A DNA stretch of 39,553 bases from Octopus bimaculoides. Taxonomy: Eukaryota. Shown here in pieces: positions 33,291 to 39,553 of this stretch. Position numbers and translations under genes: made by a program. Where the stretch lies: NCBI RefSeq assembly GCF_001194135.2, contig NC_068998.1, forward strand, positions 10,742,378 through 10,781,930, written 5' to 3'. Each line of letters begins with the position of its first letter. The stretch's first letter is position 1. The notes beneath the pieces are model-generated. The model was not told the origin of the DNA, did no database searches, and saw only the letters and a list, made by a program, of their open reading frames with translations.

Positions 33291-33448
33291 CTACTTCCTT
33301 TTTACCCTTTTATCACATTTTCCCCTCCTTGTTATTCCCTACAACCGGAAACCTATGTGTATAGATGTGCAACCTCCATCATTTCTTCAGTCGTAATTTG
33401 GTTGAAGATCATGAGCATTAACGGACGAAACTCAGAGTAATAAGAGAC

Positions 33449-33449
<1 letters not shown>

Positions 33450-33496
<47 letters not shown>
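33450..33496. repeat. (TG)n microsatellite
   Basis: Direct inspection. Confidence 0.95.
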
Positions 33497-33498
<2 letters not shown>

Positions 33499-33599
33499 TT
33501 GTCTTAGGAACAAAATCGAAACGGAGATTTCTTTTTAGTTGCACCTATATATATCGCTGCATAATTATCATTGTAAGATTCCATCAATGTTACTTTCAG

Positions 33600-33804
33600 T
33601 TGGGCAGCAACTTGACCCTACCCGGTTGCACTAAGATAGCTGTGTGCGAAAAAGACGGAACAGCAAGAGGACAACAGAAAATTGTTGATATTGAAGGCTG
33701 TGTGGAGAATTCACAGTGCATCACTCGGGAAGGAGTCTGGCAATGTGTCTGTAATAAAGGATTCGCATACAATGACAACAAGACCGAATGTGAGAAAGTT
33801 CCAG
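33600..33804 (+). CDS. Exon encoding rest of TILa/E module plus EGF-like module
   Basis: Acceptor tactttcag| (phase 0), donor G|GTAAAG (phase 1). Translates LGSNLTLPGCTKIAVCEKDGTARGQQKIVDIEGCVENSQCITREGVWQCVCNKGFAYNDNKTECEKVP, including the EGF-type C-x-C-x2-G-F...C motif. Confidence 0.88.
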
Positions 33805-33994
33805 GTAAAGTCGAAACGACGTTTGTATTTCACAGGGTTGTGAGAGACGTAATTACATTTCTGTATGTTTGCACATCTACGTGTGTCGTGTGCGTGTGTA
33901 CACACACACACACACACACACACTCATTAATAGACAGAAATACGTACATACATAATATATACATTTATACATGTATGTATGTATGTATGTATAC

Positions 33995-34606
33995 TCTTTT
34001 ACTTGTTTCAGTCATTTGACTGCGGCCATGCTGGAGCACCGCCTTTTAGTCGAACAAATCGACCCCAGGACTTATTCTTTGGAAGCCTAGTACTTATTCT
34101 ATCGATCTCTTTTGCCGAACCGCTAAGTTACGGGGACGTAAACACACCAGCATCGGTTGTCAAGCGNNNNNNNNNNNNNNNNNNNNNNNNNNNNNNNNNN
34201 NNNNNNNNNNNNNNNNNNNNNNNNNNNNNNNNNNNNNNNNNNNNNNNNNNNNNNNNNNNNNNNNNNNNNNNNNNNNNNNNNNNNNNNNNNNNNNNNNNNN
34301 NNNNNNNNNNNNNNNNNNNNNNNNNNNNNNNNNNNNNNNNNNNNNNNNNNNNNNNNNNNNNNNNNNNNNNNNNNNNNNNNNNNNNNNNNNNNNNNNNNNN
34401 NNNNNNNNNNNNNNNNNNNNNNNNNNNNNNNNNNNNNNNNNNNNNNNNNNNNNNNNNNATATATATATACATATATATATACGACGAGCTTCTTTCAGTT
34501 TCCGTCTACCAAATCCACTCACAAGGCTTTGGTCGGCTCGAGGCTATAGTAGAAGACACTTGCCCAAGGTGCCACGCAGTGGGAATGAACCCGGAACCAT
34601 GTGGTT
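33995..34606 (-). mobile_element. SINE family D whose internal microsatellite is an assembly gap (34167-34458)
   Basis: Near-consensus 3' part before the gap, and (AT)n plus the head part after it. Confidence 0.88.
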
Positions 34607-34849
34607 AAAAATATAAAGACAGATGGAAATGCCCGCAAATATATTGGTCTTACACTTTAAAAATCAAAATCACCCTGTCTTAAAATACAAATATCAATTT
34701 GATTAATTACATACTGGAGTCGATAAATCGATCATATCCTCCCCAAGCATGTTCGGCTCTGCTGGCCTTACTAGCCTTACGCCTATTTTGGGAATTATTA
34801 TATTTGTTTTATAAATGATAAATGTTACAAAAGCATAAATATTAAAGAT

Positions 34850-35295
34850 GGCCTAAAACTTTTTGCAGAATCGTTAGGGTCGAGTAAATCACCTTGTCGT
34901 ATTTAAATATGTCCTTTACGTTCCGAGTTCAAATCTCGCTGATGTGAACTTTGTCTTTTATCATTTCAATATCAGTAAAATAAAGCATCAGTGCACTACC
35001 GAGTTCGATTCTTCTCTGTTACTCTCTTTTCCCCGCTTTCTCTCTCTCACTCTGTCTTTCTCTCTTTCCCTCTCTCTCTCTCTCCCACTCATCGTCTTTC
35101 CTTATCTCTCTGTCCTTCTCCTCTCCCCTCTCTCTCTCTCACGATTGTGCAAGTTATCCAAAGTCTCACATCTAGACAGATCATGGCACACTGATTCAGC
35201 CCAAGAACTACGTTAAAGTTACATGTGCCTGCGAAATACTCAACCGCTTACAGGTTAATTTCAGTTGGTCAAACAACCGAATGCCCCTTGTCGAA
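34850..35295 (+). mobile_element. Degenerate composite: family C head and core, (CT)n tract, family A-like tail
   Basis: gcagaatcgttagg...gagttcaaatctcgctgatgtgaactttgtctttta...; (CT)n at about 35011-35141; then cccaagaactacgttaaagttacatgtgcctgcgaaatactcaaccgcttacaggttaatttca, resembling the A tail gagaactacgttaagggtacacgtg...cacgttaatttca. Confidence 0.5.
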
Positions 35296-35657
35296 ATAGA
35301 CGGAGAACCTGTCCCAATTCCCACTAGAAGTTGCGTAGTTGGAATGTGCACCGCCCGGGGCTGTTCTTCAGTTTGCATCTACTTTCTCTGGCCCATAAGC
35401 CTATATAAGCTTATACAACAGACCCAAAAGTTGCATTCCCGTCAAAGCATCGCTCGGAGCTCGAACGCTCCTCTCCCCCTCTCCCCGCTGCTGTCCACCA
35501 GTCGGTTGTTGAACACACAGCAAGAAGTTTTGCTTGAACCAGTGTTAGAAAATAATACATATCAATTGATATAGCATCATATATATATTTATATAACATC
35601 AAATATAATTTTCTATAATGAATTGTTAATATGTTATGTTGTTTGTCACCCTGCTAG

Positions 35658-35887
35658 TCTGTGGAGTTGAACCTATTGACATCCAGTTTGTGGTTGACAT
35701 ATCCAGCAGTATTAGAGAAGAAGGACTCTACGAAACCAAAAAATTCCTTACGGAATTTGTCAACGCTTCGGTCATTTCTCCTACACAAGCTCAATTAGGA
35801 ATTCTGCTATTCAATTCTAAAGTCACCAATAAGTTTTACATTGAAGACTCCAAGACTAAGGAAGAAATCAAAGATGCTATCGAAACG
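35658..35887 (+). CDS. Exon encoding N-terminal part of VWA domain
   Basis: Acceptor ccctgctag| (phase 1), donor ACG|GTAAGT (phase 0). Translates CGVEPIDIQFVVDISSSIREEGLYETKKFLTEFVNASVISPTQAQLGILLFNSKVTNKFYIEDSKTKEEIKDAIET, with the MIDAS DxSxS (DISSS). Confidence 0.92.
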
Positions 35888-36804
35888 GTAAGTATTTATT
35901 GACTTCCAGTGATTTCTTCCCCCGTCTTCGAATATCATCGTTCGCTTTGTTTGAGAGGGTACCAAATTTCAAAGAATAGTATTGGCAGTTTATATTCAAG
36001 ACAGTATCGTTGTTCGGGATTAAGAAACCGACCGTAAATCTTAGCATATAAAACGCAATTTTTTCTCCAAAAATAATATCACAAAAATATCATCCCCAGT
36101 GATATTTTTGTGTTGGGCTCCGATAACATGGTTTAATGTTGGGCCCCTATAACAAGCTTTAATGCACTAAAGCCCGTTTTTCTTGACTTTGACTATCTGT
36201 TAGTTCTCTCTTTGCCATGGAGCAGATGAGGTTCCTCTGAACGAAACCATAGTAAAGGAAAACAAACACGCCATAAATATCCTCGAGATTGTAATTGATT
36301 CGCTCTTTAATGTGAATGAAATGTCTCACTTCATAATAAATCTAAAGAAAAAGTTACAGATTTTGATGATTTCTAGAAAGAATTAAATAGTGCTATACAT
36401 AATCGCTACCAGCAAGAAATTATCACAACTTCGAAATAAAGAAAATAAATGAATAAATAATATGTGAACTCTATTCACATTCTTTTATGTATTCCTCAAT
36501 TTCAAATCCCTCCTCATGGTGTGAGGGGACGGTTATCTCCCTTTTATTAACAGTCTTTGCCAGAGGGAACCACATGTATAATTAGGGAGAATTTACGAAA
36601 AAAACAACAGACGAGGACAGGTGGTCTAAACAACAAAAGGATGTATTAGTTTAACGCTCGGAAATAAGAAAATCTTTAACGTTTCGAGCTACGCTCTTCC
36701 ACAGAAAGAATATGGAGAAAACAAGGAGAAAAACAATTGAATGTTTTGGTCAGCGATCTATCATGGCGACTCATGTATAATCACCTTTATTGTCATTACT
36801 TCTT

Positions 36805-37027
36805 GGGCAGTAAGTTGACATAATTGTTACCCCACTGGGCAAAATGCTTCGCGGTATTTCTTTCGGTTATTTACTTTCTGAGTTCAGGTGTCATTGAGGT
36901 CAACTTTGTCTTTCATCCTTTCGGGGTCGATAAAACAAGTACCAGTTGAGCACTGGGAGTCAATGTAATCGATTTTATCCCTCCTCTTAAAATTGTTGGC
37001 CCTGAGCCCAAATTAGAAAGAATTATT
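36805..37027 (+). mobile_element. SINE family C immediately upstream of the terminal exon acceptor
   Basis: gggcaaaatgcttcgcggtatttc...gaggtcaactttgtctttcatcctttcggggtcgataaaacaagtaccagttgagcactgg...ccaaattagaaagaattatt. Confidence 0.8.
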
Positions 37028-37059
37028 ACAATAGCTTTTGTTTCTATTCCCATTTCTAG

Positions 37060-37389
37060 ATCGGACCCGTACACAGTGGAACAAGACTTGGTGCTGCTCT
37101 CCGGTTCACGTCAACCTCTGCGCTCTCACTACACACCGTTCGAAAAGACGTCAAGAGAGTGGTAATAGTCATCACTGATGGTCAAATCTCAAACGTGCCG
37201 GAAATCGCACGCTGGAGTAAACATATACACGTTGTCCAGAAGGCCAAGATCGTAGTCATCGCTGTCGGGCGCAAAGACGATACAGGTCTGCGTGAAATGA
37301 GACGCGGCGGAGGCAAGGTACTACATGCGTCACGTTACAACATCATACAACGAGTAATTGACGAACTCTACCTAGTGGTTTGTAAATAA
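37060..37389 (+). CDS. Terminal exon: C-terminal part of VWA domain and stop
   Basis: Acceptor catttctag| (phase 0). Translates IGPVHSGTRLGAALRFTSTSALSLHTVRKDVKRVVIVITDGQISNVPEIARWSKHIHVVQKAKIVVIAVGRKDDTGLREMRRGGGKVLHASRYNIIQRVIDELYLVVCK*. It has the MIDAS T (GT) and D (ITDG), and a C-terminal Cys able to pair with the Cys before the domain. No transmembrane segment. Confidence 0.92.
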   Translation: MGPVHSGTRLGAALRFTSTSALSLHTVRKDVKRVVIVITDGQISNVPEIARWSKHIHVVQKAKIVVIAVGRKDDTGLREMRRGGGKVLHASRYNIIQRVIDELYLVVCK

Positions 37390-37558
37390 AAACCCGATCA
37401 TGAGGTGGTGGTATTGCTACTACTATTACTACTACTACTCAAAGAAAACCATATGATTAAAATAATTGATTTAGTAACGATAGTCATATATAATGAAATA
37501 GTGATTAAAACTGATTAAAATTATAAAATGATGATTATATAAATCTAAAACTGATAAC

Positions 37559-37564
37559 AATAAA
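37559..37564 (+). promoter_or_regulatory. Candidate polyadenylation signal
   Basis: AATAAA about 170 nt after the stop codon, just before SINE copy 37631. A second AATAAA (37385-37390) overlaps the stop codon itself. Confidence 0.35.
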
Positions 37565-37630
37565 CGATATATTGCAGCTAAATTTGTTTGGTTGTTCGTT
37601 TTGATTTTTTTTTTGTTTATTATTGTTTGG

Positions 37631-37990
37631 AGTGGAGGCGCAATGGCCCAGTGGTTAGGGCAGCGAACTCGCGGTTTCGATTCCCAGACCGGGCGTTGTG
37701 AGTGTTTATTGAGCGAAAACACCTAAAGCTCCACGAGGCTCCGGCAGGGGATGGAGGCGAACCCTGCTCTAATCTTTCACCACAACTTTCTCTCACTCTT
37801 ACTTCCTGTTTCTGTTGTGCCTGTAATTCAAAGGGTCAGCCTTGTCACACTCTGTGTCACGTTGAACATCCCCGATAACTACGTTAAGGGGTACACGTGT
37901 CTGTGGAGTACTCAGCCACTTGCACGTTAATTTCACGAGCAGGCTGTTCCGTTGATCGGATCAACTGGAAGCCTCGACGTCGTAAGCGAC
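37631..37990 (+). mobile_element. SINE family A in 3' flank of the gene
   Basis: Head and body match family A. Has a 14-nt deletion between TCGCGGT repeats in the head and lacks the (CAA)n tail. Confidence 0.88.
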
Positions 37991-38441
37991 TGCTTTTCAA
38001 ATTTCCACACTTGTCTCGCTCATATGTCCAGAGATGTGCAACAACAAAAAAAGCAGCAGCAGCAGCCAGTATATAAAGAAGGACAATAAAATATTTNNNN
38101 NNNNNNNNNNNNNNNNNNNNNNNNNNNNNNNNNNNNNNNNNNNNNNNNNNNNNNNNNNNNNNNNNNNNNNNNNNNNNNNNNNNNNNNNNNNNNNNNNNNN
38201 NNNNNNNNNNNNNNNNNNNNNNNNNNNNNNNNNNNNNNNNNNNNNNNNNNNNNNNNNNNNNNNNNNNNNNNNNNNNNNNNNNNNNNNNNNNNNNNNNNNN
38301 NNNNNNNNNNNNNNNNNNNNNNNNNNNNNNNNNNNNNNNNNNNNNNNNNNGGTGCTGTCTTTCTCACAGATGGTGCCCAACTGACCCTACTTTTCAACTG
38401 ACCTTACTATACTGTGTAGTTGACAAAATCAAAAACAAACG

Positions 38442-38688
38442 GGTAATCTTCAAGTTTAGGGGGATAAAAAAAAAAAAATTCAAGGGAAATAACTGAACGA
38501 CTTACCAGTATTATCCGTTTTCTTCTAGCTGTTAATAAATTAATCACACCCTAACCCTAACGTCAATCAAATCACGTGTGTGATTTATTTATAAACAGAG
38601 ATGTACGGAGAATACTGGTAAGACGTTCAGTTACTTCCCTTGAATATTTATATTTATTTTTTTTATTCCCCTAAACTTGAAGATTACC
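38442..38688. mobile_element. Mutator (MULE)-type MITE with long TIRs
   Basis: TIRs of about 80 bp starting GGTAATCTTCAAGTTTAGGGG and ending CCCCTAAACTTGAAGATTACC. Exact 9-bp TSD AAACAAACG (38433-38441, 38689-38697). Confidence 0.85.
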
Positions 38689-38796
38689 AAACAAACGATA
38701 TGCATGCGCGAAATTAAAAATATAATATGGCGACAATTTACCCATCGCATCCTATGCATATACAGTGAGAGAGAGAGAGAGAGCTCTAGGAAGTGC

Positions 38797-38893
38797 AGGC
38801 GCGTGACTTACTGGTTAGCGTATTCGGCTCACGCTCGTAAGGTAATGAGTTCGATATCCAGCAGTACGTTGTATCCTCGAGCAAGACACTTTA
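38797..38893 (+). mobile_element. Family B-like SINE head fragment
   Basis: aggcgcgtgacttactggttagcg...gagttcgatatcc...cctcgagcaagacacttt. Confidence 0.55.
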
Positions 38894-39553
38894 TTGAATG
38901 TAAACGAAGCCAATTCAAATAACTCCCAGCTGATTATGGACTATGTCTACTCACAAATATCCGAAAACCGTTTCAAGTTTCCATTAATGTAAATAATGCA
39001 AGGAAGATAATTCACATGCTACAGAATTCCTCTGACATTATCGTTTCGTGATGTTCATTAATAAAATGTGTGTAACTCCTAGCAAACTGGATAAGGTTCT
39101 TTCTTGATCCCTTTTAATATAGTTATATACATAATTATTTATTTAGCATATAAATAAATAAATAAATAAGGTTTTATTTCATGCTGACCACTAGATATAA
39201 TCATTAACGTGATTTTATCCCGAACTCTATTAAGAATAAATATATATGGATATATATATATATGTATTATATACATAAATACATATATATATATAAATTC
39301 ATAATAAAATATTAGGCTAAAAATCACGTTAATGATTTTTATCAAGTAGTCAGCATACTATAAAAATTTATAGGCAATTTATACATTAAATTAATAATAA
39401 TATACATATGTATGTAATTATACTAAGAGAGTAAGGGCAAAACACTGGGGATAGGTGGTTTTCGTCCTAGCTCCATTAATATAATTATATACATATGTAT
39501 ATTATTAATTTAATATATATATATATTTATATATATATATATTTATATATATA

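Noticed and set aside
36570-36775. Possible Penelope-type terminal repeat (acgtttcgagc...gctcttc)
   Set aside because: Recognition rests on one short motif; no ORF or partner repeat in the window.

Overview
AT-rich, repeat-dense animal genomic scaffold, not prokaryotic, with 8 N gaps totalling 4,255 bases. The repeat families look like those I recall from Octopus (inference, not searched). The only well-supported gene is a + strand multi-exon gene at 15604-37389. I assembled 9 exons by hand from splice sites and reading-frame phases. It encodes a secreted modular protein: signal peptide, PAN/apple, PAN/apple, VWD (with a GDPH site), C8, TIL, TILa/EGF-like, VWA (intact MIDAS). About 675 aa are visible. 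The second half of the VWD domain is missing from the called sequence and most likely lies in the 28573-29051 gap. One intron appears to use a GC donor. Bases 1-15500 look intergenic. The rest is at least four interleaved tRNA-derived SINE families (labelled A-D here) with chimeric forms, LINE remnants (R4/Dong-like, RTE-like, possibly Penelope-like), MITEs with readable TSDs (piggyBac, hAT, Mutator, Tigger-like, Helentron-like) and microsatellites. Highlights are the 'mini-VWF with apple domains' architecture and a tail-to-tail SINE pair apparently copied as one 295-bp unit from intron 2 into intron 3 with a 10-bp target-site duplication. Most entries in the supplied ORF track are artefacts of gaps, microsatellites or SINEs.
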